A DNA stretch of 64,000 bases, from the NCBI GenBank assembly GCA_037130655.1, contig JBAXSP010000002.1, forward strand, positions 77,125 to 141,124, given 5' to 3'. The stretch's first letter is position 1. Each line of letters opens with the position of its first letter. The translations under genes were made by a program, and so were the position numbers. Shown in pieces: positions 18,864 to 28,078 of the stretch. A model generated the notes under the pieces. The model made no database searches and was not told where the DNA came from. It saw only the letters and a list, made by a program, of their open reading frames with translations. The DNA is from a bacterium. GTDB taxonomy: Bacteria > Patescibacteriota > Minisyncoccia > Phycocordibacterales > UBA9973.

Positions 18864-19262
18864 TTATTTCCAATTAATCACGGTGATTGTCAGTTGCAAC
18901 ACCGTCGCAAATGACACCCAAAGCACGTACGGAATATTCCAATACGTCACACTTCTTGCATAGGGGAAAATTGCAATCAATGCCCAGATCAGGGTCACAA
19001 GTACCAGTAAGATATCAATACCTGCCAGTAGATTATTTTTCAATCCAAACTGAATCGGCGTAAAAATGAAATTGAAAAACAAATTCAAGATAAATGGCAA
19101 TGCGACGACAAACGGAATTTGTTTTTGAACTGCCATCAAAAATACTTTTCCGAATGTGACAAAGATAATTGCGTACAAGATTGTCCATACTGGGCCAAAC
19201 AACCAAGACGGTGGTGCCCAAGTCGGCTTCAATAATTCTGCATAGTTTTTGAAATTGTTCAT
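18864..19262 (-). CDS. tspO: TspO/MBR tryptophan-rich sensory protein
   Basis: KPTWAPPSWLFGPVWTILY, PYVLWVSFA. Confidence 0.92.
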   Translation of the reverse strand: MNNFKNYAELLKPTWAPPSWLFGPVWTILYAIIFVTFGKVFLMAVQKQIPFVVALPFILNLFFNFIFTPIQFGLKNNLLAGIDILLVLVTLIWALIAIFPYARSVTYWNIPYVLWVSFATVLQLTITVINWK

Positions 19263-19263
19263 A

Positions 19264-20172
19264 TTATTTTTTGTTTACAACATCGAGTAAGGCTTCTTTG
19301 ACTGATGGATATTTGAATACATATCCAAGCTGTTGTATCTTATCTGAAGAAATCTTGGCGCTATTGTTGAATGTTTCGGCAAGGTCACCGTATTTGAGAC
19401 GAAGCATAAAAATCGGAATTGAGAACAACACTTTGCGATGCATTACTTCCCCGAAAATCTGCATAAATTGTTTCTGACGAATTGCTTCTGGTGCGCTTGT
19501 ATTGATCGGGCCACTGACGCTCGTATGCTCGAGCGCAAACACATATATCCCTACAATGTCATCAACATGAATCCACGGAAACCATGCTCGCCCACTACCG
19601 ATCCATGCACCAAGTCCGAATTTAAATGGTACAAACAACGGCGCAAGTAATCCCTTGTTGCCGAGCACAAGTGCAGTGCGAATCTGCACACTTCGCACAC
19701 CGAACGTTTCGGCTTTTTGAGCTTCGATTTCCCAATCCTCACACACACTTGCAAGAAAATCTGTTCCAGCTGGAGCACTTTCATTCAGTACTTCCTCACC
19801 CTTATCTCCATAAAATCCAAATGCTGATGCACAGATAAACACTTCGGGTTTGTTCTGCCATGCACTGATAGAGTTCACGATGTTCTCCGTACTATCAATA
19901 CGACTATCGTACACACCTTTTTTGAACGACTCCGTCCAACGACCAAAAATAGTTTTGCCTGCCAGATGAATAATCCCCGTCACTATGCCATCATAATTTG
20001 TCGGCAACAAATCTTTTGATACATCTATTTTAAGAAAAGTTAGACGCTCATGTGAAAACTTCGGCGCGACCATATCACACACAATAATACTATATCCTTT
20101 GTCGAGCAATGTTTGCGTCAATCGTGAACCGATAAATCCCGCACCACCAGTAATGAGAATTGTTTTTTGCAT
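19264..20172 (-). CDS. TIGR01777/YfcH-like NAD-dependent epimerase
   Basis: TGGAGFIG, SRIDST, FLASVCEDWE, PWIHVDD. Confidence 0.9.
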   Translation of the reverse strand: MQKTILITGGAGFIGSRLTQTLLDKGYSIIVCDMVAPKFSHERLTFLKIDVSKDLLPTNYDGIVTGIIHLAGKTIFGRWTESFKKGVYDSRIDSTENIVNSISAWQNKPEVFICASAFGFYGDKGEEVLNESAPAGTDFLASVCEDWEIEAQKAETFGVRSVQIRTALVLGNKGLLAPLFVPFKFGLGAWIGSGRAWFPWIHVDDIVGIYVFALEHTSVSGPINTSAPEAIRQKQFMQIFGEVMHRKVLFSIPIFMLRLKYGDLAETFNNSAKISSDKIQQLGYVFKYPSVKEALLDVVNKK

Positions 20173-20217
20173 ATGCTATAATTATATCATTAATGAATCA
20201 ATAGATATTTTTATATT

Positions 20218-20601
20218 ATGAATTTCGAACAACCACCCGTACCAAATAACAACGAAAACAAGGAAGTCTCACTGGAAAGTATTTCAAAAGAACTTGGTTT
20301 TATTGAAAATACTGAACTACTTGCAATAAAAAACCAATTCGTCCTTGAATCTGGAACAAGAGTAAACGAAGAGTTAATTACCAAATGGAGATCTACGGCT
20401 GAACAACTGATCGATGACTCTGTTACTGATGGACCAGAAAGAAACAAAGCGATATTAGGATACACTCTTGCATTGGTTGAAATTTACAAAGAATTCAACG
20501 ATGATGAAGAAGCATATTACAACACACTCGACGACGCACTTGATTTGGCAACAAATTTGAAACTTGATGATATCAAGCAAATAATAACTGGATTATATTA
20601 A
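20218..20601 (+). CDS. Hypothetical helical protein
   Basis: Acidic 127-aa ORF followed by terminator. Confidence 0.7.
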   Translation: MNFEQPPVPNNNENKEVSLESISKELGFIENTELLAIKNQFVLESGTRVNEELITKWRSTAEQLIDDSVTDGPERNKAILGYTLALVEIYKEFNDDEEAYYNTLDDALDLATNLKLDDIKQIITGLY

Positions 20602-20634
20602 TTGAAATAAAAAAATATTTGATTATTTTATAAT

Positions 20635-20667
20635 AAAAGAGCGAAACCCGAAGGGTTTCGCTCTTTT
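20635..20667. terminator. Bidirectional terminator
   Basis: AAAAGAGCGAAACC-CGAAG-GGTTTCGCTCTTTT. Confidence 0.85.
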
Positions 20668-20676
20668 GAATATTAT

Positions 20677-21237
20677 TTACTCCCGTAATCGTTCACCTTT
20701 CGGATTACCAAAACGATAATCGATAGTTCCAACAGTTGCTTTATCAACATTTACTATACCTAACAAATGATCATATTCATGCTGAAGTAGTCGTGCCCAA
20801 AAATCATTATATTCTTCAGTAATAGACTTACCTTCTTCATTAACATACGAAAGTGTAATTACTTTTGGTCTACGAACATCACACCAAACATGACCAGAGC
20901 TTAGACAATTTTCTTTATATAAGTTTGTTTCTTCAGATGTAGAAATTATTTTAGGATTAATATATATTTTAGAAACGTCATCTTTGTACGTAACAAAAAC
21001 AGCCGATCCAATACCTATCTGAGGAGCAGCAAGTCCGACACCAAGACCAGTAACATCTTTATACGCAAGCAGTGTCTGTAGAAGCTGTTTACCTATCTTT
21101 ATACCTTCTTCAAAAGAAACTTCTTCCGCTTTTGTTCGTAATACAGGATTACCAATATAAGTAAGTTCTGGAATTTTTTCAATAATAGTATTTGATCCGT
21201 CATTCAAATCAGTAAGTAGTTGGTTATATTTGTTCAT
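20677..21237 (-). CDS. def: Peptide deformylase
   Basis: GLAAPQIG, ENCLS, QHEYDHL. Confidence 0.92.
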   Translation of the reverse strand: MNKYNQLLTDLNDGSNTIIEKIPELTYIGNPVLRTKAEEVSFEEGIKIGKQLLQTLLAYKDVTGLGVGLAAPQIGIGSAVFVTYKDDVSKIYINPKIISTSEETNLYKENCLSSGHVWCDVRRPKVITLSYVNEEGKSITEEYNDFWARLLQHEYDHLLGIVNVDKATVGTIDYRFGNPKGERLRE

Positions 21238-21255
21238 ATAGTCCTTAGATTTAAC

Positions 21256-21837
21256 TTAGATCGCCTTTCCGTCACCCAAACCCATTTGAGCTTTGTAGTG
21301 TTCAATAACTTCTGGATGTTTACCCTCTTTGCATTCTGCTACAAATTTTTCACTACTTGCACCATCAGGAAAAGACATGTACGAAAGTGCTGATTCGCAC
21401 ACTACATTGATATTGAGTTTACCGTTTACTGCAGGGGTAACAGAAATAACGTCGATAACTTTCGTAACCGTAAAAATTCCTTTCATATTGTATTTCGCCC
21501 ATTGATCAGTACTGAGTGCTTCTTTGATAACAACGAAACCTTCTGCTGTGATATGTGCACCACTTTGGAATTGATTCATTGCATCAGCTGATTCACCGAA
21601 GTTTACAGCGTAGTAATCACCATCATCAGTCTTCATTCCAAAAGCACATTCCATTGTTTGTGGACCAGTGGTGTCCATATGTGGCAAACAAGTAAATGAA
21701 CCTGAGAGTGTTACATTTTGCGGTGTTGCATCAAGTGGCGCCGGTGCGTTTTGATGAAAACGAAGTGCGAAATACACTCCCACACAAGTAGCGATAACGA
21801 TCAAAACTGCAACAATATTTTTATATGTAGTATTCAT
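21256..21837 (-). CDS. Membrane-anchored hypothetical protein
   Basis: N-terminal TM, CLPH...TMECAFG Cys pair. Confidence 0.7.
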   Translation of the reverse strand: MNTTYKNIVAVLIVIATCVGVYFALRFHQNAPAPLDATPQNVTLSGSFTCLPHMDTTGPQTMECAFGMKTDDGDYYAVNFGESADAMNQFQSGAHITAEGFVVIKEALSTDQWAKYNMKGIFTVTKVIDVISVTPAVNGKLNINVVCESALSYMSFPDGASSEKFVAECKEGKHPEVIEHYKAQMGLGDGKAI

Positions 21838-21865
21838 ACAATAGAGTATATCATCAATTGATGCT

Positions 21866-21899
21866 CAATAAAAAATACCCTTTCGGGTATTTTTTATTG
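21866..21899. terminator. Intrinsic terminator
   Basis: CAATAAAAAATACCC-TTTC-GGGTATTTTTTATTG. Confidence 0.8.
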
Positions 21900-21905
21900 T
21901 ATCTA

Positions 21906-22298
21906 TTATTCCGGTTGCTTATATTGTGAAAGTCCAAGAATATTCCCTTCAGAATCTTTGAACCATGCAAGGAAACCGTATTCCCCATTTTCTCCGAGTG
22001 CTGTTTTGCCACGAACGATTGTTCCGCCATTTACTTCAATTTTTTGAAGCGTCGCATCGATATCTTCTGTTTGCATATAAAACATCGGATGAGGCATTTC
22101 AGGATCTCTTTTACTCGAACCACCATTGATAAATCCTGGTTCAGTCGGTTGCATTTTTTCATTCACTGGGCCAGTCTGCCAACTTGTATATTTCATTGCC
22201 TCCCATTCAAATGGTTTCCAATCAAATACTTCTTGATAAAATTTGTTCGCCCGTTCCTTGTCATCCCAAGGAAATTCAAAATGGATTACTTTGTTCAT
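21906..22298 (-). CDS. VOC/glyoxalase family protein
   Basis: VIHFE, FY..VFDW, INGG, FKDSEGN. Confidence 0.9.
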   Translation of the reverse strand: MNKVIHFEFPWDDKERANKFYQEVFDWKPFEWEAMKYTSWQTGPVNEKMQPTEPGFINGGSSKRDPEMPHPMFYMQTEDIDATLQKIEVNGGTIVRGKTALGENGEYGFLAWFKDSEGNILGLSQYKQPE

Positions 22299-22387
22299 AT
22301 AGAGTGATTATAACATCAAATGAATTTGAGAAGGAATATTTTAATTTAAATGACAATTAAGGAATTCTTTTAGATTAAATGCTTAAT

Positions 22388-24481
22388 TTACCACTTTAGA
22401 GCAATTTCTTTAAAAGCATTTAAAACCAATATTTTCCCTTCTTTGTTAAAATATTTATGTTTTATTGGACCAGTAGGTTTTCCGGTTGATCTTGTACGAG
22501 CGTGAGATAATTCACTTTCAAGTCTTTTATCATGAATACTTTTTGCCATTGCAAAAATACAAGGATACTTCCTCGCAAAGGGACTTCTATTACTACTTAT
22601 TGAACCTCCAATATTTCCAAGAATATGATTACCTATTGTAGGATCATGAAGAAACAGCGAGTTAAGCACTAAATCATTAAATACATCCATATAATTTACC
22701 CACGCGGTGATATTTATTGCTGCCTCCTTTCTACAATTAAAGGCTAGTGTGCAGGCTTGTTTGTAATTAGATCCAAAGATTGTTTTCCAGTCTATGGTTG
22801 TAATACTTTGCCCTAACCATTTATTGAAATGTATTTCAATAGCACACCAACTCGCTCCAGCTGGCATTCTACTTATTAAGCCTGTTTCTTTTAGAATTGC
22901 AGCTGCTCTTAAGTTTATTTTTTTCTTTTGCCCAGTTAGAGCAATATTACGTTTTACCATTATGACTGCGGCGGAACAAGCAGTATCATTTGAATCATCT
23001 CTAATTTTTTCATTTAGTAATTGTGATAAAAAATTTGGAGCAATATTACCATTATCAAGAGACTGGACTAGAGAGGATCTTGCGTACCACTCTTTTGCCC
23101 CAAGGGCGAACCGCATCTGTTTTTCTGTATTTATCAAATTATTCCTTACAACCGGACGACCTATAGCAACATGTAAAACAATGTCATCACCAAGAACATT
23201 TGGGCGCCACTCTTTCTTTAATAACTCTTGAACTCGTGCGACTTGTCCCGATCTAACCCTTCCATCTAAGGTTTCAAAAAGAGCTGCTGTAATAGCAGAG
23301 TAAACAGGCTTAGTTATAATTTCATTAATTATTAAATTAACAACACTATCTGGTAAAAAATCATATCTCTGAAAATATTTAAGTGTCGTTTCAAAATTAG
23401 ATGGATTTTCCTTAAATAAACGCCATACACGACTGTTTATTTTAGAAGACGGTATTGCATGAGCTAAAAGATACTTAAAACGTGTTTGATTACTTATTTT
23501 ATAACCTTTAGTTAAAGCAATAATTCTTTTTTGTAATTTATCCTGATTAACAAACTTCCACTTAATGGCTGATTCAGTTGGATTACTTACTGATTTTAAT
23601 TCCTCTTCAATATTTTTTACCTCATGAATTTCTATCTTACTACTCTGAGGAAATAGACCGATATTTTTACTAAGCCTATCAAATTGTATAAGCATTAGTC
23701 GTAATTCTTTCTCCGAAGATGCAAATAGTCTTATATCATCAACATAGCGCATGTAACGCATTTGAGGAGGATTACCATATTTAACATCGAAATACTTTAA
23801 AACAACTTCTGACAGTAAGCCTGAAGCAAGTGGCCCCTGAGGTATTCCGTGATTATGATAAATTTGTGATGACTGATTTCCTGTCCACTTACTTAGACAA
23901 GAAATTAATATATCGATAAATTCATCATCGCATTTTATTTCCTTTAAAAAATGACGAAGAACCTTATGATCAATACTGTCATAACATGCGGTTAGATCAA
24001 AACTTGCGCTATATGTTAGACCATTATTAAATGCATCTCTAGCGGCATCATTAAATTTCTTATATCCATCTGACCATTTTCTATAAAACCAAACACTGCT
24101 TTTACCAGCATAGAGGTTACCGAAATTCTTTAAATAATAATTTGATTTTATTCCAGGAATAACAACAAGGTGTTCTGCGATTATATTTACCATAGCCTGA
24201 TAAACGATTTGATCCTCAACTGTTAGTAGTGTATAACCACGAAGAATACCTGAAGATTTTGGAATAAAAATTTTACATCCATGACTAGGTTCATAAGTCT
24301 TAGATTTAATTTGGTTTGATAAATCATCTAATATATAATCTTCTATTATTGAATATTCAGAATAAAGTTCTCGAAAATAATCTTTATACCTTCTATCCGG
24401 ATTACTTTTTATCCATCTCCACGCTCTTTTAAGGTTGTCTTTATCGAAAACTTCGTTCATTGTTGGTATTTTTCTTGGCAT
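22388..24481 (-). CDS. Reverse transcriptase of UG/Abi type with long helical C-terminus and possible HEPN motif
   Basis: PKSSG.LR, DQIVYQA, FDLTACYDSIDH, GIPQGP, RYVDDI; C-terminal RLESELSH (Rx6H). Start placed at MPRKIP because the longer ORF start runs into the repeat element. Confidence 0.9.
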   Translation of the reverse strand: MPRKIPTMNEVFDKDNLKRAWRWIKSNPDRRYKDYFRELYSEYSIIEDYILDDLSNQIKSKTYEPSHGCKIFIPKSSGILRGYTLLTVEDQIVYQAMVNIIAEHLVVIPGIKSNYYLKNFGNLYAGKSSVWFYRKWSDGYKKFNDAARDAFNNGLTYSASFDLTACYDSIDHKVLRHFLKEIKCDDEFIDILISCLSKWTGNQSSQIYHNHGIPQGPLASGLLSEVVLKYFDVKYGNPPQMRYMRYVDDIRLFASSEKELRLMLIQFDRLSKNIGLFPQSSKIEIHEVKNIEEELKSVSNPTESAIKWKFVNQDKLQKRIIALTKGYKISNQTRFKYLLAHAIPSSKINSRVWRLFKENPSNFETTLKYFQRYDFLPDSVVNLIINEIITKPVYSAITAALFETLDGRVRSGQVARVQELLKKEWRPNVLGDDIVLHVAIGRPVVRNNLINTEKQMRFALGAKEWYARSSLVQSLDNGNIAPNFLSQLLNEKIRDDSNDTACSAAVIMVKRNIALTGQKKKINLRAAAILKETGLISRMPAGASWCAIEIHFNKWLGQSITTIDWKTIFGSNYKQACTLAFNCRKEAAINITAWVNYMDVFNDLVLNSLFLHDPTIGNHILGNIGGSISSNRSPFARKYPCIFAMAKSIHDKRLESELSHARTRSTGKPTGPIKHKYFNKEGKILVLNAFKEIALKW

Positions 24482-24538
24482 AGATTTTTTATATCTTAAG
24501 TAAAACATATAATATACTTTAGATATCAATCTGACAAA

Positions 24539-24709
24539 TAAGAAATCTCTCCTTACAAAGGGAGGTATACCTTTTGGATATATTTTTCGCAAAGCTCAAA
24601 TCTACCTCAAAAGCTTTTCGAATCCGTCCTCCTGTTTTGTTGCAACAAAACAGTTGCGGAAGTTCCCCAGCAAATGAAAAAATACCCAAATTGGGTATTT
24701 TTTCATTTG
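24539..24709 (-). repeat. tRNA-3'-linked structured element (Gln copy)
   Basis: Fold-back palindrome 24661-24719, antisense CTGGGGAACT-[hairpin]-GGATTCGAA, core AAGCTTTTGAG...CCAAAAGGTATAC...TGTAAG, degenerate sense copy. Confidence 0.85.
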
Positions 24710-24780
24710 CTGGGGAACTAGGATTCGAACCTAGATAGTCGGAACCAAAATCCGAAGTCCTACCATTAGACGATTCCCCA
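24710..24780 (-). tRNA. tRNA-Gln(TTG)
   Basis: Acceptor TGGGGAA/TTCCCCA, anticodon arm TCGGA-TTTTGGT-TCCGA, GGTTCGAATCC. Confidence 0.96.
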
Positions 24781-24850
24781 ATATTATTGATTTGTATAGA
24801 CAATATACCAAATTTTCAAGAAAAATCAATTGATTGTTATAATAAAGCCA

Positions 24851-25105
24851 ATGCCCTATCATACCTATATTCTTGAGTGTGCCGACAAGACACTGTATGT
24901 CGGTTCAACCAACAAATTGGAAAAGCGCCTGCATGAACACAACAATCTCAAAAGTGGTGCACATTACACCAAAATCCGCCGACCGGTGGTACTCAAATAT
25001 TCCGAAGAATGTGAATCTTATGCCGAGGCCCGTAAGAAAGAAGGTTTCTGGAAGAAAATGTCTCGACAAGAAAAACTCGAATTAATTAACCAAAACAATA
25101 TATAA
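24851..25105 (+). CDS. Small GIY-YIG nuclease (YazA/YhbQ-like)
   Basis: TYILEC.D.TLYVGST..LEKRL.EHN, GAHYT..RRPV, ARKKE. Confidence 0.9.
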   Translation: MPYHTYILECADKTLYVGSTNKLEKRLHEHNNLKSGAHYTKIRRPVVLKYSEECESYAEARKKEGFWKKMSRQEKLELINQNNI

Positions 25106-25113
25106 TAAAAGTT

Positions 25114-25758
25114 ATGAAAAAAATCTATTTTGTACGACACGGACAAAGTGAAGGAAATGCCGGAAATATTCGACAAATGACAGAAACACCTTTAACTGAA
25201 CTTGGTATCAAACAATCTGAATTTATTGCGGACCGAATCAGAACACTCTCTATTGAAAAAATTGTTTCAAGTACCATGTTTCGCGCCAAACAAACGACGG
25301 AAATTATTTCTAAAAAAGTAACTGCACCAATTGAATATTCAGATCTTTTTGTAGAGCGACGGCGACCAAGCGAACAATATGGAATCCCCAAAGATGACCC
25401 TGTTTCTTTAAATGCAGAAAGATTGATTCGTGAAAATTTTGCAGTCAATTTAGAATATCATTATTCTGACGAAGAAAACTTTTTGGATTTAAAAAATAGA
25501 GCAAATAGAGCATTGCAATTTTTAATAAATCTTCCAGAAGACAATATTCTTGTTGTCATACATGGTCATTTTTTGAAAATCATCATAGCTTATGCAATTT
25601 TTGGAGAAAATCTTACTGCAAACGAATGCGAGAGTTTTATGAGATCTTTCCGAATGAATAATACTGGTATTACACTAATTAGCTACAAAGAAGATAACTT
25701 GAGCGATCCATGGAATATCGAAACATGGAATGATGTATCTCATTTAGAAGAACTATAA
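25114..25758 (+). CDS. Histidine phosphatase family protein
   Basis: FVRHGQS, RAKQT, VIHG, WND.SHL. Confidence 0.92.
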   Translation: MKKIYFVRHGQSEGNAGNIRQMTETPLTELGIKQSEFIADRIRTLSIEKIVSSTMFRAKQTTEIISKKVTAPIEYSDLFVERRRPSEQYGIPKDDPVSLNAERLIRENFAVNLEYHYSDEENFLDLKNRANRALQFLINLPEDNILVVIHGHFLKIIIAYAIFGENLTANECESFMRSFRMNNTGITLISYKEDNLSDPWNIETWNDVSHLEEL

Positions 25759-25763
25759 AAATT

Positions 25764-26369
25764 ATGAAAAAAATTGGTGGTGGTTGGCAATATAGCGTTT
25801 ATGATTTGGAAAATGGAAGGGTCATCAAAAAACCCAATACTTTTTGGCAGGCATATTGGACGATTTTCTTTTATCGTTTCCCCAAAAATGTTTTTCATAC
25901 TGACCGAAGAATTTGTCGGATAAACGCTGACGCGCAAAAATCACTAGTTTTTTTGAAAACACTATTGTCTATTATTGGTTCTGAATTTGGTAATCCAATA
26001 ATTCACGATGACTATTCATATGAACAGGACAAGGTTGTTCCCGTGAAAACATATTTCAAAATTCATTCATTTGAAGAAAATAAAAAGATTGTTGATCAAT
26101 ATATTGCTCAAGTTTTCTTATTCTGGAGTTATGGTTTTGGTGAACGACCATTTAAATTGACGAATAATTACGGCGTAACAAAAGAAGGAAAACTAGTATT
26201 TTTTGATTTAGGAGAATTATATTTCACCAAAGAAAAAGCGTATGAACGAGTAGCTTCGAGACATTGGGACAGAACCCCTATCTCTGACTCAAAACTACAA
26301 AAATATTACATAGGACAAATGGATAAAAATTACACGATTGAGAATATAGAAAAATACTGGAAAAAGTAA
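25764..26369 (+). CDS. Hypothetical protein, possibly kinase-like fold
   Basis: IGGG...VY, VIKK, NYG...LVFFDLGE. Confidence 0.55.
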   Translation: MKKIGGGWQYSVYDLENGRVIKKPNTFWQAYWTIFFYRFPKNVFHTDRRICRINADAQKSLVFLKTLLSIIGSEFGNPIIHDDYSYEQDKVVPVKTYFKIHSFEENKKIVDQYIAQVFLFWSYGFGERPFKLTNNYGVTKEGKLVFFDLGELYFTKEKAYERVASRHWDRTPISDSKLQKYYIGQMDKNYTIENIEKYWKK

Positions 26370-26419
26370 TTAGCCTATGTTAGGATGTTTTTGAGTTTAT
26401 AAAATGCTCATATAAAATA

Positions 26420-26752
26420 ATGAATATAGTACACACATTACCGCCCTTTATGGGTGAAGGGTCCATTGGACCTCACGTAAGTCCCCTTCACGCTTTCCTT
26501 TGTGGAGCTAGGTACGGACACGATCTCCAATTTGATAAAGAATTCGGAGAAATGACCGCCGCCGCTCTAAAAATGTGGCAGGAAGACAATCGCTTAGAAA
26601 ATGATTCATGTTTTGGCCCAGAAAGCCGCAAATGGGCAAAATCTGAGTACGGTTTTGACTTTGAGGCTATCTGCAAAACAATTCAAGGAGAGACTACTTT
26701 CTGTGATCCTCTTCATCAGGAAGAATCAGTCATCTACAAAAACGCCGAGTAA
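26420..26752 (+). CDS. Peptidoglycan-binding-like domain protein
   Basis: D.EFGEMTAAALK.WQ...L..D..FGP pattern of PG_binding_1. Confidence 0.6.
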   Translation: MNIVHTLPPFMGEGSIGPHVSPLHAFLCGARYGHDLQFDKEFGEMTAAALKMWQEDNRLENDSCFGPESRKWAKSEYGFDFEAICKTIQGETTFCDPLHQEESVIYKNAE

Positions 26753-26824
26753 AAGCACCTGCTTTTACTAAAAAGCGGAAGATAGAATCTTCCGCTTTTT
26801 TTTATTTTTACTAGCACCTAGAGC

Positions 26825-27865
26825 CTAGTTGCCTAGAGCCTCTGTGCTTTTCGCCACAAACAATTCAAGTGGTAGAAATGGTAATGGAGAGTTTTTTATT
26901 ATCAAACCATAGTGAAGGAATGATTCGATTGTTTTTGATTGAGCAATTGGAGATTTCTTTGCAACCATTGTTTTGATGATTTCAACTTCCCGTTCAGAGA
27001 AACTCGCAAGCATCTTTTCTCCCATCGTTGCTGATGCACGAAGTGTGAGCATTGCATGTAATCGTTTCAAAATTGATTGGAACAAGATGTAGGCACTTGC
27101 ACCATTTGCTTCAAGTGTACGAATAACTCCTATCGCCTTCTCTGTATCGTTTTCAAATAGTGCGGTCAAGAAATCTGCAATATGCGCAGAAGTTGGTGCA
27201 CCAACCAAATTTGCAACGACAACATCAGAAACTTTCTTACCTTCGGTCGCACTCAAGACCTTTTGTAATGTCGAGAGTGTATCACGAAAAGCTCCGTCAC
27301 CTGAGAGTGCCACCAATTCTGCATCCTCTTTCGAGATTTCATATCCTTCAGCTTTGGCAACTTTTGCGACGTATTCTGCAAGCATTGCTTCGTTTGGCTT
27401 TTTCAATTTGTAGGTCTCACAACGAGAAACAATTGTCTCTGGTACTTTTTCAAGTTCAGTTGTTGCAAGAATAAACAGTGCATATGCAGGTGGTTCTTCG
27501 AGTGTTTTCAAAAGTGCGTTGAAAGCTTCTTTTGTTAGCATGTGCACTTCGTCGATGATATAGACTTTGTATTTTGAATTAAACGGCATCGTGTAGATGT
27601 TTTCTTTCAAATCTCGAATGTCATCAATACTTCTGTTTGAAGCACCATCCATTTCGTACAAGTCTGACGGACTAGTACCGAGCTCATGAGCAATGATACG
27701 AGCAAGGGTTGTCTTCCCTGTTCCACGAGAACCAGTAAAGAGATATGCGTGGGCTGGTGTACCCTTGGCCAAAGAACTCGCCAAAGCTGACACGACGTGA
27801 TCTTGTCCGATAACTTGTTCGAATGTTTGTGGTCGATATTTGCGATAAAGTGCGATTGAATCCAT
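26825..27865 (-). CDS. dnaX: DNA polymerase III subunit gamma/tau
   Basis: LYRKYRP, GSRGTGKT, IIDEVHML, NALLKTLEEPP, SRC. Confidence 0.96.
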   Translation of the reverse strand: MDSIALYRKYRPQTFEQVIGQDHVVSALASSLAKGTPAHAYLFTGSRGTGKTTLARIIAHELGTSPSDLYEMDGASNRSIDDIRDLKENIYTMPFNSKYKVYIIDEVHMLTKEAFNALLKTLEEPPAYALFILATTELEKVPETIVSRCETYKLKKPNEAMLAEYVAKVAKAEGYEISKEDAELVALSGDGAFRDTLSTLQKVLSATEGKKVSDVVVANLVGAPTSAHIADFLTALFENDTEKAIGVIRTLEANGASAYILFQSILKRLHAMLTLRASATMGEKMLASFSEREVEIIKTMVAKKSPIAQSKTIESFLHYGLIIKNSPLPFLPLELFVAKSTEALGN

Positions 27866-27999
27866 CCGGTAGTGAGAAATGGCATTATGTGTTCTGCCAT
27901 TTTACGTTAAGTTAGTTAAAAATTCTTCTAAATTTGCTAATCAATATATTATTTAATTCCAGATTGTACACATATGGCAATGCCATTATCTACTACCGG
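27866..27999. mobile_element. MITE-like 134-bp insertion with ~21-bp TIRs and a 6-bp target duplication
   Basis: CCGGTAGTGAGAAATGGCATT ... AATGCCATTATCTACTACCGG flanked by ATCCAT at 27860-27865 and 28000-28005. Confidence 0.75.
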
Positions 28000-28078
28000 A
28001 TCCATGAGGCAATTATAGCAAGAATTTGAAGAAAATAAAAAACCACTTATGATGAGTGGTTTTTGAAATCATTAGCAA

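Noticed and set aside
24482-24592. 37-aa N-terminal extension of the RT in the ORF track
   Set aside because: It reads through the non-coding repeat element; MPRKIP at 24481 is the more plausible start.
22388-24709. RT as retron, group II intron or DGR
   Set aside because: No VTG motif, no YADD or intron domain V/VI, no template/variable repeat pair or accessory gene seen.
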